Shown here: one piece after another, positions 39,160-51,864 of the stretch
Layout of the letters: every line of letters starts with the position of its first letter
How positions within the stretch are numbered: the first letter of the stretch is position 1
Assembly (NCBI RefSeq): GCF_037042905.1
Contig: NC_087245.1
Coordinates: 14,076,001-14,140,000, forward strand
DNA: 64,000 nt
Origin: Lytechinus pictus
Taxonomy: Eukaryota
Direction of reading: 5' to 3'
Notes under the pieces: model-generated
The model's database searches: none
The model's input: the letters and a program-made list of their open reading frames with translations, nothing else
What the model was told of the DNA's origin: nothing
Program-made: the position numbers and the translations under genes

Positions 39160-39510
39160 GGATATATGCAATGAGCAAGCTGATGATGTCATATCCCTAC
39201 TTATTCTTTTGTTGTCTTTTTATGTGAAATTATATTTATTCTAACTTTGTCCACCAAGGCACCATGAATGAAAGGATTGACAACTGATTTAATGTAAAGA
39301 TATTCATTGCTGCAACTTATTTTGGTATAAGGAAGACATATCAATTATCACACTCACATGTATGGAAATATAAAATAATTATTATTTCATATAATAACAT
39401 AAGAAAAAAAAGTAGGGATATGACATAATCAGCCACCCTCATGAATATTCAAGATCACATGCATATAACTGGACAAAAAAAATTACTTGACTTTAAGTTT
39501 TAATAACTTT
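39160..39510. mobile_element. Decayed relative of MITE family 2
   Basis: atatgcaatgag..gctgatgatgtcatatccctactt pairs with aagtagggatatgacataatcagc; motifs shared with the 2870 and 9078 copies; termini lost. Confidence 0.5.
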
Positions 39511-40223
39511 TTAAAATGAAATATTCAGTCTTTTGATCAAACCAGATTCCAAATGTCCAATACATGAATATTTATGAAATGCCTATTACTACTTTCTTTA
39601 TGGGAACGGAAAAAATACCTTTTAATACATAGAAGCGAGAAAATTCACCCTCAGATCACTAGAGGAATTAAAATGCTTCAGATTTTACACTCCCTCTTGG
39701 GTGAAATACACCTTTAAATATGTAGTACTTGCAAGCCAATCACTTGAAGAATTCAATTAGTGTTGATTTTTTGTGACGTCCTAGCTCACAGAAAGAGCAT
39801 CCTCATCTCTGTTGATATATTCTCGGGAGGGTAATACCCGTTCGATCCGACATTCTAATTCACATGGTCGCTATCGGCTAAAACTAGCCAGGACATGGGG
39901 GAGACCCACCGGTCAATTTCATTAGCAAGTTTCTCCTCTCCCGTGTCAGGTTAGGATTAATACAACCACCTTCGGTTACAGTCGGCAAGCGTATACGTTT
40001 TCATGAATTAGAGAAAAGATTTGGAGGGTCTGTTTCCATAGGCCTGTCTGTAAGAAGAGCTTCACTCAACATGTGTTCTAGAGGTTAATGAACTAAAAAA
40101 GATCAGTGTGAATTGTCCTTTTGCTAAGACTTTTGACTGGATTTGTTTTCATCATCTGAAAAATAAATTGTAGTCAGTTATAGTAATAGATCATTTTATG
40201 GTAGATGAGAAATGTTATATCAG

Positions 40224-40379
40224 CATAGGCGGCGGAAGAGGGGGGGGGGGTCCTGTCCCCCCTAAATTTGAGGTGGGGTACGGACCCCCCCCTAAATTTT
40301 TTGTTGAAAACCTTTTTTTTTTCTTGCTTGTCAGATTTGTTTCTTGCGTCCCACTAAATTTTGGCTTCCGCCGCCAATG
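40224..40379. mobile_element. CAT(A/T)GGCGGCGGAAG-terminal MITE
   Basis: cataggcggcggaag ... cttccgccgccaatg IR; ccctaaattt motifs; ttatatcag repeated at 40215 and 40385. Confidence 0.75.
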
Positions 40380-40491
40380 TATACTTATATCAGTGATAAA
40401 ATGTTTCATATATTTCTGAAATTAATGCAAAAATAGGCATTTTACAAAATCACAAGAATTTTGTAGGGATTTCCCCAAGATTGTGAGGATA

Positions 40492-40967
40492 TTAAAGGGG
40501 AAGTTCACCCTGACAAAAAGTTTGTTTTAAAGATAGTAGAAAAAATAATAGAAATTATTGGTGAAGGTTTGAGGAAAATCCATTAACTATTAGGAAAGAT
40601 ATTACAATTTGAAGTTTTTGATTTGTGACATCATAAACTTGCAGCTACCCCAAATCATGTTATATAAAATGCATGAATTTCATTTTTTAATGGTTTGTGA
40701 TGACTTATTTTTCATTTGCTTTTTAGGATCGAGTGCGTGTAAAATGATTTTTGTATTGATATAATGAGGTTACCCTAAAAAACATTTCCAATTTTCTAAG
40801 AAAATTATGTGTCACTGATTTTTTACGATACACAAATCAAATAATTAAAATTCAAATAACTTTTTTAGTCTTTGATGGATTTTCCTCAAACCTTTGCCAA
40901 TATTTTTATTATCTTTTCCCTGCTCTTTTCACAATAAACCTTTTGTCAGGGTGAACTGCCCCTTCAA
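40492..40967 (+). mobile_element. TTAA/AGG-terminal MITE family 1, copy 2
   Basis: TTAA-AGGGGAAGTTCACCCTGACAAAA ... TTTTGTCAGGGTGAACTGCCCCT-TCAA; colinear with 1201-1687. Confidence 0.85.
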
Positions 40968-41119
40968 ATTACAGTGTGACTGCAAATCTTAAGAAATTTA
41001 AGTGTAAAAAGCATTGAGATTTCATTTCATTTACGTATGAATATAAGTGTCTTTTTGCTGGCTGATACTATAAGATCAATCTTTATCTGGTTAAAGGAGA
41101 TATGAACCTGATCAAATAT

Positions 41120-41501
41120 CAGATGCGGGTCGTTTCACAAACATTTTATTGTGACTTAGAGTCAAACTTAAGTTTTAGTCGCGTGCTGTGTATCACTGCT
41201 TTGGTGTGATCGTGCGCACGGGATGCTCACTACAGTGTATCTATCAATCGGGGTTGGCCGTACAGAAACATTGTTAGCCTAACAGAGCGCTAACAGTAAG
41301 CCCAGTCACATCTTCGGAATTGTGAAGTCAAAACAGTTATTTTAATCTGCCACATTACCGGTTGCAACAGGACCTCTGTTAGCGCATTGTTAGCACTAAC
41401 AACGGTCCTGTGTGATCAGTACAGATTATGCGTTCAATTGTGCATTGGCTTTTAAGCATGACTCAAAGTCACACTTAATTTTTTGCGAAACACCTTCCTG
41501 G
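41120..41501. mobile_element. Palindromic MITE with a second element nested at ~41256-41417
   Basis: gtttcacaaa..gtgacttagagtc pairs with gactcaaagtcac..tttgcgaaac; uninterrupted relative at 53465-53658; the insert has its own IR (ttgttag..gcgctaacag / ctgttagcgc..ctaacaa). Confidence 0.65.
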
Positions 41502-42224
41502 TAATTTAAGGTTTTGAATAGTTCTTGTAATTTACAAGTATATTTGTGATCAGGTGGGTGTTAAAGCAGCTTAAGTCGAAGATGACCACTACCTCTTTGG
41601 TACCTCAGTAAAGTGTTTCCTGTCATTCTGACTTCATCTGCCATTTAGAAAATGGAACGTATGAAGAATAGATGCTGACAGAGGGTGTCGTCATTCAAGT
41701 AACAATAAAAAACTTTGTACTGGGAGAATATTAGGAGAGAATATAATACTGCTGTCTGTTCATTTGAGTATGTTTTCTTCTTTTAATGTTTAATATCATA
41801 CCTTTTTTGCCTGTGAAATCTTAATGTTGCAAAACAGAACCCTCAATGATTGTTGTTAAAAGATTATTTTGAATTGTATTTAAATGCTAGCTTATTGCAT
41901 TAAATCAATACTCGACATACCTCAATAAAAAAAAAAATATTTAACTATTTTAACAACCAAGTCACATCCTTTAATAGCTGATATTTGGTCACAGTGATGT
42001 TGTTATTCAGTTTAGCAATCCCTTGTTTAGGATTATATTTCCCAATGTTATCATATTATCATCACTAAATTAATTAACCAAAGTCAGCGGTTGTGGTAAT
42101 GTTGAAGATGAAGAGCAGACAACCACAAGTTGCTTTATTTCCTTAATCCTTCCAATTTCAATTATGAGACCAAACTAGTATGAAACAGAGATTGAGGACT
42201 TTTTAAGAATCTGTGTGAAGAAAA

Positions 42225-42392
42225 AAAAAGGATTAATAGAAGAGAAATAGAGGAAGAGAGAGGGAAAGATGAAGAGCAAAGTAAAGAGTTAGAAAGACAA
42301 AACAATAGAGAGAGTGAGAGAGGAAATAAAGAGAATGAAAGAAAGAAAGATAGAAGGAATGAAAGAGAAATAGAAAAATATAAAAGAGTGTG
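42225..42392. repeat. Purine-rich (GA/GAAA) low-complexity tract
   Basis: agagaaatagaggaagagagagggaaag...gaaagaaagatag. Confidence 0.8.
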
Positions 42393-42737
42393 GAATGATA
42401 AATTAATCAAATTGTAAGGACACTACCAATGTGTCAGCAAAGCTTTAATGCATAGCGCCATCTGTTGATGTAAATCAAGTTAGTTTCAGTGATATTTCAA
42501 ATTTGTTGAATTGCTTTTTTCTTTGTAAGAGATTTCAATGGATTGTGAATGAAGCCCTGTGACAAACATAACATTATTTCCAATGGGATAGAAATGAATA
42601 TATTGGGGGAAAAAATCTTCACATTCTTACATAAAATAAGCTCTTTATTCAAAATAAAATAGTTGTAATCTTTATCCCTATGTCACAAGAATCAGTAAAT
42701 AAGATTCTTTCCTATTTCTTTTATTTTCTTTCATCAG

Positions 42738-42912
42738 GCAAATCGAGATGGAATCAAAAAAGGCCAACTACAGTGATACCTGCCACCACATTGATGGGTT
42801 GCTAAGCAACCTAGAGGATGGGAGGAGTAAACTAGATGACTTATGGGCCACAAGAAGGCTTAAACTAGAACTGTGTTTGCAGCTCAGGCATTTTGAAAGA
42901 GATGCATTAGAG
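42738..42912 (+). CDS. trio: Trio exon C: (R)QIEMESKKANYSDTCHHIDGLLSNLEDGRSKLDDLWATRRLKLELCLQLRHFERDALE
   Basis: tttcatcag acceptor, GAG|gtaag donor, 175 nt, phase 2/0; KLELxLQLRxFERDA motif of Trio spectrin repeats. Confidence 0.95.
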
Positions 42913-43496
42913 GTAAGATTTGGAAAGATTTGAATGGGGGATTGTGGGGAATGTGGAGCACAAAGATTTTTTTTGCGTTTTTCGATTTTTTTTTCTATAA
43001 TAAAAACCCACAGAAAAATTTGCCTTTACAAATGGCTTTATAGGCATGTACAAGAATATATGTGTCTAATGGATTCATGATTAGCAGAATTTAAAAAAAT
43101 GCATATAATTTCATAGATTCCACAACCTTATAGCATACTTCTACATTTATTAAATGAGTTATAAGCAACCTTCAATATAGTTTGTCTTTAAGATTGGAGA
43201 TTGTATTTATTAAGTAAATAAAAGTCTTATGATATATTTTGAAGGGAAATTATATAACAACAAAACTTTTTAAGATGTTGAAATGCAGTTAGCTAATAAC
43301 ATATTTATAATAGAAAAAATAAATGATTCAAATCATTATTCTTTTTTAGGGGGGGGGTATTAAGGAATGATAATTCTCTTTTGGAAGAGGATATAAATTT
43401 GGTATTCAGTACTCTTTTGAAAAGAAGAAATAAAACAAACTGGAAAACAAAATAAATGCTTGATTAATGTTTTTGTTATGATTCTTTTGATTTCAG

Positions 43497-43640
43497 TTAC
43501 TAAGTCAGCTGCCAATTTGGACGCAAGAGATGCACAATAGGGATTTCAGCTTTGATCTGGATGCAGCAGATTTCATTCTAAAGAGTCATTTAGAGCTTGT
43601 AGAAAGTATTCAAGAAAACACTGTTCAACTCATTCAAAAG
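43497..43640 (+). CDS. trio: Trio exon D: LLSQLPIWTQEMHNRDFSFDLDAADFILKSHLELVESIQENTVQLIQK
   Basis: tttcag acceptor, AAG|gtaag donor, 144 nt open, phase 0/0; fills the expected spectrin helix between C and E (not in ORF track). Confidence 0.88.
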
Positions 43641-45472
43641 GTAAGAAAGATATACTTGAAATTTAGTGGTTAAGATTATACCAATGGCTTCTTTGCGATA
43701 TTTGGCAGTATTTGGAAATAAAAAATAAGTGGGGTTTACACCCATAGCCCCCCCAAAAAAGCATTTCATCTCCAAAATACAGAAGTTAAAACATGGTTTG
43801 CATGACTTGCACATTATCATTATGTGTGGGTTGGCCTGAAGGTATCTTTAGAAAGTCATATTTAAACAAATATTTACTGTTCATAGTATGTCAGAGCAGC
43901 TTTTCCAATTCCCCATTGTTTTGTCTAAGCAAGAATGGTGAGATTCTAAAGGAAAATACAATGAGTTTGGTCCCCGATACGAACTTCAGCTAAACAAAGG
44001 CTTAGACTAGACTGCTTTCTTATAAGAATGGATGAGGCAATGTGTTATAAGAATACACTGGCATGAGGCAAAGTGAGAGTAGACAAAGTGGCAATTGGCA
44101 TCCTGTCTGGTGCATTGGCAGATAGATATTACCCTGTATACTTATTGCTGGCATGTGCACGTGTATGAAATGTGGTGACGGGGGAAGCATGCCACTTTCA
44201 TCCATGATGAGCTCAAAGACTGTTTGCAAGCCATGGAGGCCAATGTGAACATGTAATTAAGATCAATAGAAATGGTCCCCTCCCCCGCCGCTCCCCTGCG
44301 TAAGTGTGAACAAGAAGCAAGGTACCCCTGACCACTGGCTCTCCTTGAAACACTTTGATAAGGAGCAAATTAGGTTCACTATTTTGTTTGTCTCGACTTG
44401 ATAGAAATAATGCAATACGCGCCATAGTTTTATATGAAGTCTGTACTCAGTTCAGTTGTGACAAGTCACTTCTATTTTTAAACCTTATTCAGGGATATCA
44501 ACCAAGTCCCTTGATTTTTTGTTTACAAATATATGTACATATAGAAGTTCACTTTTCAATTTTTTTGTCTGGTACTGTTGCACATAATGAATCAAGTCCA
44601 ATGTTTTATTTTACTACCTCTGCTGTCTTTTGGCAAAAGTTGGCAATTTTTGCTTAGACACTTTAGATTAGCTCTAAATTTTTCAGTGACAGAAAAAAAC
44701 TTGATTTCTAATCAATCTGTCAAAGTGAGATCTTTGACAACTTAACCTCTTGTAAGAGTCTGATTTTAATTTTTCTTTTTTCTTTTTTTTAACATGAAAA
44801 TAATGATAATGACACCCACTACCCCTCCATATATATGCAGAACTACATTTTCCTCAATATTCCTACTGGTTGAGTTTTTTCCCCCCTTAGGCAGAAGTGG
44901 GATACCTTACCCCAAGGTGCTGGTAGTTTAGAAGAACACTGCATTTATGATATAGCAGCTGATATATGATTAATTGACAGGATCATACCACACTTTCTAT
45001 GAACTCATTAGGATATAACATTCAACTGCAAATACTTTGCTGTGCCTAATTTCTTGCTGATGGTAATTTTTACTTCTGGAATATGGCTTCATGGTCTTAG
45101 CTATTGGAAGAACTAGGAAATCACTGGTCAGAGTTGTGATGAAGCCGTGTTTTTCTGTAAATCTATTTTGAGAAGAAACGAAGGTGCTTTTGCACTTTTG
45201 CAAGGCAGGATATTTACAAAGGCTTTTGTTACATAGTATTCAAATACAAGTTGTGAATATGTCGAAGAAGAATGGAGTAGATGTATCCTATGGTTCAAGA
45301 GCAGGATCCTAACCAGTAATCACAGTGGCGATGCTTTGATTTCTTGTGGATTGTATATCTCTACTAACAAGGATTACTATAGATCGGCGTTGGTAAAAAA
45401 TGGGATAATCCAATATAACCCTTCGACCTCGTCTAATGTTTTGAATTTTAGATGGAACTAATTGACAGTGGG

Positions 45473-45562
45473 AATAATAATAATAATAGCTAGTTTTTAT
45501 AAAGTGCTTTTCCCATACGGGCTCAAAGTGCTTTACAGCATATTATTACCCTGGTCATTGGA
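45473..45562 (-). mobile_element. 3' end of a retroposon (SINE/L2-like tail), 5'-truncated
   Basis: (AAT)n tail followed by tttataaagtgct..ctcaaagtgcttt..tattaccctgg, paralleling the tail of the SINE at 50830-51114. Confidence 0.55.
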
Positions 45563-46897
45563 TTCTGGAATATGGCTTTATGGTCTGAAGTTTTAGAGCT
45601 ACAGTGATGTCTTCAAGGAAGACTTCAAGATGTAAAACTAAGAAGGTGTGTATAAGAATCATACATTGTGAATAGAACAAGGTGAATCCAATTAAGTAAT
45701 GAATTAAATCGTAAAATTTTGTCAAAATAAATAAACAATTTTAAATGAGATGTTAGTTTGTCATAATTCATATCATTGGAATTTATACCCATTTTTCTTT
45801 CCCTTGAATTGTTTCCTCCAGATTTTCATGTGTTGTAACCAACTTTGAGTTTTGGAGTTCTGAGTTTAATAGTCTAGTATTGAAGAGTATCTGTTTCAAA
45901 GGCATTTGGGACTCTGGTTTGAGTACTGCAACTGCACCAGCTTCCAATATGGATTTACACTTGACACTCCTTACCAGGGAGTGTTGCTAAGTCGGTAGCC
46001 AGTTGAATGTGAGAGTCAATGTAGTTGGGTCTGCATTGTAAGCACCACAGTCACAGTGCCTCGTTGAAATACTCTGTTGAGAGAGGAGAAAGTACTACAG
46101 TGCATTGTCCTTTAATAGCAAAGTTCTTTCTGACCAGAAATTGTTAAAAAGTTTGTAAATGAATAAGGCAATGTACAAGAGGAGAAATATTCTTACAATT
46201 ACATGAAAAAGGTGAATGCACATTTTTACAAAAGTCTTGTTCATTCCCCATCAGTTTTATTTTTCTCTTCTGTTTCTTAGTTGTTTGTGTAAGGCAAAAA
46301 ATTTGGGATCGTTGCCTAATCCTGTATGCAATGAAACAATGGATATGTCTTCTATTTAATTAATTGTTTCATATATCATAAGTCTAAGAAATGCTACAGC
46401 AGGAGACTGCTAGTCAACAGTTAGTTAAAATTTAAAATTTTGAAGCAAAACTATCAACCCTTATCGTAGTATATGTACATGAATATGATACCATTTCTTC
46501 AAGGATATGTTTAATACTGCATGACAAGAACGGCATATATTCTGCAATTTTAATTATGCAGAGTAAAAACTAAAAATAGTTCAATTATAAAGGCCATACT
46601 CATCTCCTGTTTTGCCACACTTTAAGGTCAATATGATTGGGGGTACTATACGGTCAATTACATTTCTAGGACTGACTGCAGTTTTATTACATACGGCCGA
46701 TAGGACAATAGCAGGTACTCCAGGTAAAGGAAACTCACACAATATTAATTAGCTCTCAATTCCCTTGGCCTGACCGATGGATAGGCCTGTGTATTGGTTG
46801 ATTATGAGGATCGGTTAAAAATGAATGGATCGCAGAGAATCGATGATTACATTTTCATGCCTTGTGTACTGGGCAAAGAGACAGGACAATGACTTGT

Positions 46898-47299
46898 TTA
46901 AAGAGAAATTCCAGTATTTGCAGTAAACACTGATTTCATGAGAAAGTCTGTAAAACAAGGCTTAATTGTCAGTATATCATCGAGGATCTAGATCTGGTAC
47001 AGTTACATAAACTGAACTTTGTGAAATCTTGAAATCTACGCTGAAAAATGTTCACACTGAAGATCACCAACACAGATAGGCACACGTGGGACAGTGTATT
47101 ATTATTGCTAAAATAAAGACCCGACGGAAGTGACCGAATCCGCGCTTATTTTGCTTATTTCTCAGCAATTACACAATTTCTTCCAGAATCCTTTGGCACA
47201 TATTTTTTATTCATACAAACAGACACTTAGGTGGTCATTATATTAGATTCTGTAAAAAGTCATTTTTAGATCGTTACCAAAACTGGAATTTATCTTTAA
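46898..47299 (+). mobile_element. TTAA/AG-terminal MITE family 3, copy 2
   Basis: TTAA-AGAGAAATTCCAGT ... ACTGGAATTTATCT-TTAA (13/14 TIR match). Confidence 0.9.
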
Positions 47300-48589
47300 T
47301 GTACATGATTGTGGAAGAATGGTTGAGAATGTTGTGTAGAATCATGCATATGAATGGGATTATTGTTCTAATTTAGAAAAAAATAAACAAGTGTAAGATA
47401 ATTGATTGTTTTCAAAATGTACTGTCATGCATGGTATTTGTCCTAAAATTATGAAAAGGCTTATTATTAATTGAAGTCATGGTTTATGAATTTATGAAAA
47501 AAAAACAATGACAAATGAAAGGAGAAAAATACTAACATTCAAACAAACAACCCTATATCTGTTTTAACTACTCAATTTAAGAAAGCTCGAATTTCCTTGT
47601 GTAATTGCATAAACTTAAAATTAAAACAAGACTTATTCTTATTATTCACTTATTCTTTGTCTTTGGATGTTCTTTGTACAGAAATACAAATAGTAAGAAA
47701 TTTATTGGCATAACAATACATTTTTAGTGTGCTCAGGCTCAGTTTGTTGAGTGAGGCCCTATTTCTGAAAATTGTTGAGTTACCTTAAAATTTATATTTT
47801 TCATTTTGTTATATAATTCTTTTATATCTTATCAGCCATATTTTCAAGAATATTTAATGGAATTCATAATTACCCCAAAATATAAATCCCCCCCCCCCAA
47901 ATGAATAAAATGAAATAAATAAATAAAAAATGAAATTGGGGGGGGGGGGGCTTACAGTTCGACAGCCCCCATCCCTCCACCAGGACACCACAGCATACAA
48001 CTTCGAAGGAATAGCTTTAGATTTATGTCTACTACATGAACATCATTACAAAATAAGAGGACGATGGCTACAACTTTTCAATCAATCATCCAACCATAGT
48101 TCATCATTAAATACCACCAACTGGTCACCCTTAATCCAGCTCCATGGACCTGTTACACAAAACTTAGTAAATGATTACACTTTTGAATCATACAATTAAT
48201 TTTCCATGTTTATCAATTCATTGAATTGTACCAATAACCACTATAATCAATTGCTAAGCCTTATGAAAGGGAGGTTAGATACAGTTAATGGAATTGAATC
48301 ATACCTGACCAAATCTCTCGACTCCCGCCACGGCATTCGTACTCCTGGAAAAAGGGGGAGGAAGCGTAGTAATATTTCATCATAAATCCTCATTAAATGC
48401 CAATTAATTTGGGTTGTCTCTTGGACCTGTCATCAATGGACTTGATGTAAATTGTTTGTATTACAATGGTAGTGGCATGCATCATCATAGAGTCAGTAGT
48501 AGGGTTCACATTCTGGTTTTGATACTATCTGATATCACTTGATCGAATTCTGACTTCTTTGCTATTCAACATGTTTGAATCCAGCTTTT

Positions 48590-49240
48590 GAACAGCATTT
48601 TCTACACCATATAGGACACCTTTCTGATGCAAAGTTGGATATATTTGGAACAACGCTCTATGTAGGAATTACCAACAATAGACTTGAAAATTAAGGCTCA
48701 TGAGCAAACAGTGGATGCATTTTGGTATATTTATTCAAAGGCAACCATTTGGAATAACAGCTGATGCTATTTTTCTTTACTACATTTGTTGATATTGATG
48801 AATACTATTGGATCGGTGATTAATAGGGAATTAAGAGAACAATCGTTAGATCAACCATCAAGGCGCATTCTTTGTAAATTTCAGTGAAAGCATTACATAA
48901 ATCAATAATTGAGAGAAATTTTTGCATTTTCCTCCGAGGAACGTCGTCGTATTCATTATCTGATTTTTTAAGGTTACAATTCTGAAATTGGAACAGAAAC
49001 TATATTTGACTATTTGTGTCTATTTATTCACACCGTTGGAAGAATGATGTCAAATGAACTAACGAGACAAATTGAAACGTTGTCCTTGGAAGTGTTGTGT
49101 ACAAAAATGTTAGCAGACTGGCCGTGATTGTTTTTCCCTATTAATATGAGGATGCATCATTTGACTGATGTTTGTCTCAAATGAAGTAAAATCTGTCATT
49201 ATGCAGTATTTGTTTGCTTGTTACACCCATAATATTGACG
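48590..49240 (+). pseudogene. Possible decayed coding relic with death-domain-like peptide fragments
   Basis: Interrupted frames read HLSDAKLDIFGTTLYVGITNNRLEN* and ...IETLSLEVLCTKMLADWP*; pattern recognition only. Confidence 0.25.
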
Positions 49241-50052
49241 ATAGGTCCACGGATGATCGGCTTGTCAGGACAAGGAACAATGATTTTCTGTTGCATAGCT
49301 TTTAAGTTAATCTGATGTCGTGGGTGATTAATTAACTAAAACACGCTGTATACATCAATTCTTTTCGTATTACCCATTTTTTAATATATCTTGCAACTGG
49401 TGACATCTGGAGAGATCTTACAGGACAGTTATATTGGTGATACATAAAATGGCTTGAAGGCCACTTGATGCCCATTCTATGTTTTTCTGATAGCATAAAT
49501 GGATTTGGATGTAACTATAACTTGCACTTAAGGACATTTCAGATGACTATGGGATATTGTGGCCTCCAGTAGGAAATTTTAACAGGATGTATGGATGCTC
49601 AAATGTAATGGTCGATGGTCAATTTTTGGTCAGTAACCTTACTGTCTCCACAGAGAGGATACGTGTATATTTACTTTGCTAGACATGTTCAACATGGAAA
49701 TGGTAATGAAAACACCTGTATTGTAATCGTTGTGAAGTATGAGTTTTCTTCTTCTGTGTTTATGTTTAGTTGAGATAAATTTCATGCGAATGAAAATATT
49801 TTGTTTGAATAAGACAAACTTTGATTACATTCTGATTGTCATATGTTGATGGAATTAATGAGATAAATTTTGTCTTTATATCAGTGTATGAAATCATCAA
49901 AGGATGCAAGGAATTTTTTTTCCTCTGCATTATAAAGGGATCCCACATTGAGTCTTTTCATTCCAATCCTACAGATTCAGCACAGACAATACAAAAGGAC
50001 CAATGCCACATTGCATAATAGTTACTATTATAGTAAATTTGCCATCCAATGG

Positions 50053-50520
50053 TATACAAATAATGAATGTTTATGAGTGCAATGGACAGAATACTTCATG
50101 AGGTGAAAGATGAAATGATCCATTCAACGAGGCGTAGCCGAGTTGAATGGATCATTATTTCATCTTTCACCGAATGAAGTATTCTGTCCATTGCACGAAT
50201 GAAAAAAACATTCATTATTTGGTTTATATGACACATAAAAATTGATTATTTTTTTTCATGTGAAATTATGAATTTCGATGCAAAACATGCTCATGCAGTG
50301 CGAGTTCGGTCTGTTGATTGTTACGTCATTACAACTTGCGTATTTATTTGTCTATGAGCTGTCTCGGTGCGCGCGTGCAATGGACAAAATCGTATGGATC
50401 CAAAATTGCACGATGAATGGATACAAAATTGCACGGTTGATGACGTCATTGCAAAATGGGCTGAATGAACGATATTAAACAACCAATCAAATCGCAAGGA
50501 TCTATCTAGGTGTCATATAA
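50053..50520 (+). mobile_element. Hairpin-bearing non-autonomous element (Crypton-like)
   Basis: Long stem 50058-50220 (gtgcaatggacagaatacttcat / atgaagtattctgtccattgcac etc.) with gaggcgtagccga loop, then second IR ttatatgacac (50224) / gtgtcatataa (50510-50520). Confidence 0.7.
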
Positions 50521-50829
50521 TAACTACTATGGTAATGATGCTCAACAGCCAATCATAATCAAGGATTCTATGCAAGTTACATTTGGATGGCAAAGTTACT
50601 ATAATAGTAACATTTATGCAGCGGGAGCCCAGCAATGGAGCATTGAAATCATTTTTGCAGTAAAGCTAATGGACAATCAATTATGTTCACCTGTTGCCTA
50701 CCTACATGGGTTGTCCATGTATAAAGCCTATGGAAATTCCAAAATTAAGTGGTCAACAGATGAATATATTGCCTACTGGAACCAGTTGGCCCCTGTTCAA
50801 AGCCAATTGGAATGAAATAATGTATTGGT

Positions 50830-51114
50830 TAATAATAATAATAATATAATAATATAGGGTATTTATATTGCGCACATATCCACCTTGTTAGGTGCTCAAG
50901 GCGCTCCTATATTACCCGGCTAAGCTAGGCGTTCATAGCGCACACAGCTTTTTAAGGAATTACTTCCTACCGGTACCCATTTACCTAACCTGGGTTGTGT
51001 GCAGCACACTGTGGATTAGTTTCTTGCTGAAGGAAATTACGCCATGGCTGGGATTCGAACCCACGACCCTCTGTTTCAAAGTCCGAAGACTAATCCACTG
51101 GGCCACAACGCTCC
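50830..51114 (-). mobile_element. Full-length tRNA-derived SINE
   Basis: Minus strand begins GGAGCGTTG-TGGCCCAGTGG (A box) ... GGTTCGAATCC (B box), has a central AAATGGGTACCGG core and an (ATT)n tail. Confidence 0.9.
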
Positions 51115-51164
51115 ACTTACATTTTCTTATGACACATTACCTATTTACATATTTCCCATTACAG

Positions 51165-51365
51165 GGCAGAGACCTGGTCCAGCTCTTTGACTCGGCTGGG
51201 AAGGTCTCCATGAAAACGGGCTCCATCCCGGCCCAGACCCGAATCACGGTGCTCCTGGACGACATCCGAGATGCCTACCTGGAGCTGGAGGATGTGTCAG
51301 AGAGTAGGAGGATCCAGCTGGAGCAGTGCAGGGACCTCAGGCAGTTTGAGGTCGACGCTGAACAG
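51165..51365 (+). CDS. trio: Trio exon E: GRDLVQLFDSAGKVSMKTGSIPAQTRITVLLDDIRDAYLELEDVSESRRIQLEQCRDLRQFEVDAEQ
   Basis: cccattacag acceptor, CAG|gtaaat donor, 201 nt, GC-rich coding composition, spectrin-like LEQCxxLRQF motif. Confidence 0.93.
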
Positions 51366-51864
51366 GTAAATGTCTTTCGGACTGAAAAAAAAACCCATTT
51401 GTTTTCAATTGCAATTTTCAATTACAAATCCACAATTGACAGGTCGATTTCAACTAGAGCAAATAAGTCTATACTTTCAGTTTCAAGAAGAAGATTGGCC
51501 TATCACTAAATAATCAACAGGTTAATTTTAACAGCAAATGAATTTATCCAGGGATCAATCAATTTCTAATTAGGTGCAAGTATTAGGAATTACATTTTGA
51601 CATAAAATTGAATGCAGGTTTCATTCAACACCTCCTTGGACATATACAGTAGGTGGAACAGTGGAAAAAGAGAAGTTAACAAGTTAAGAAAACAGAATTA
51701 AAGAGTCTAATATAAAAGATCCTTACTCAGATAATCTACTCAGATAACATAAGGTTTGAATATAATTGATATTATCTGAAAGTATGATTCATAAGATGCA
51801 AAAAAAATTATTCCTGGGATGTTACTACTTAAGTCTCTCACATTCTTTTTTTTCTTTTTGGAAG

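Noticed and set aside
48653..48694. GIY-YIG endonuclease motif (LYVGIT)
   Set aside because: Five-residue similarity only, no upstream GIY-type motif, immediate stop.
51040..51114. tRNA gene on the minus strand
   Set aside because: A/B boxes are present but the sequence runs on into a SINE core and (ATT)n tail and lacks a proper acceptor stem; it is a SINE head.
50892..51509. 205-aa ORF as a standalone gene
   Set aside because: Chance read-through of antisense SINE + trio exon E + intron; only 51165-51365 is bounded by splice sites and Trio-like.
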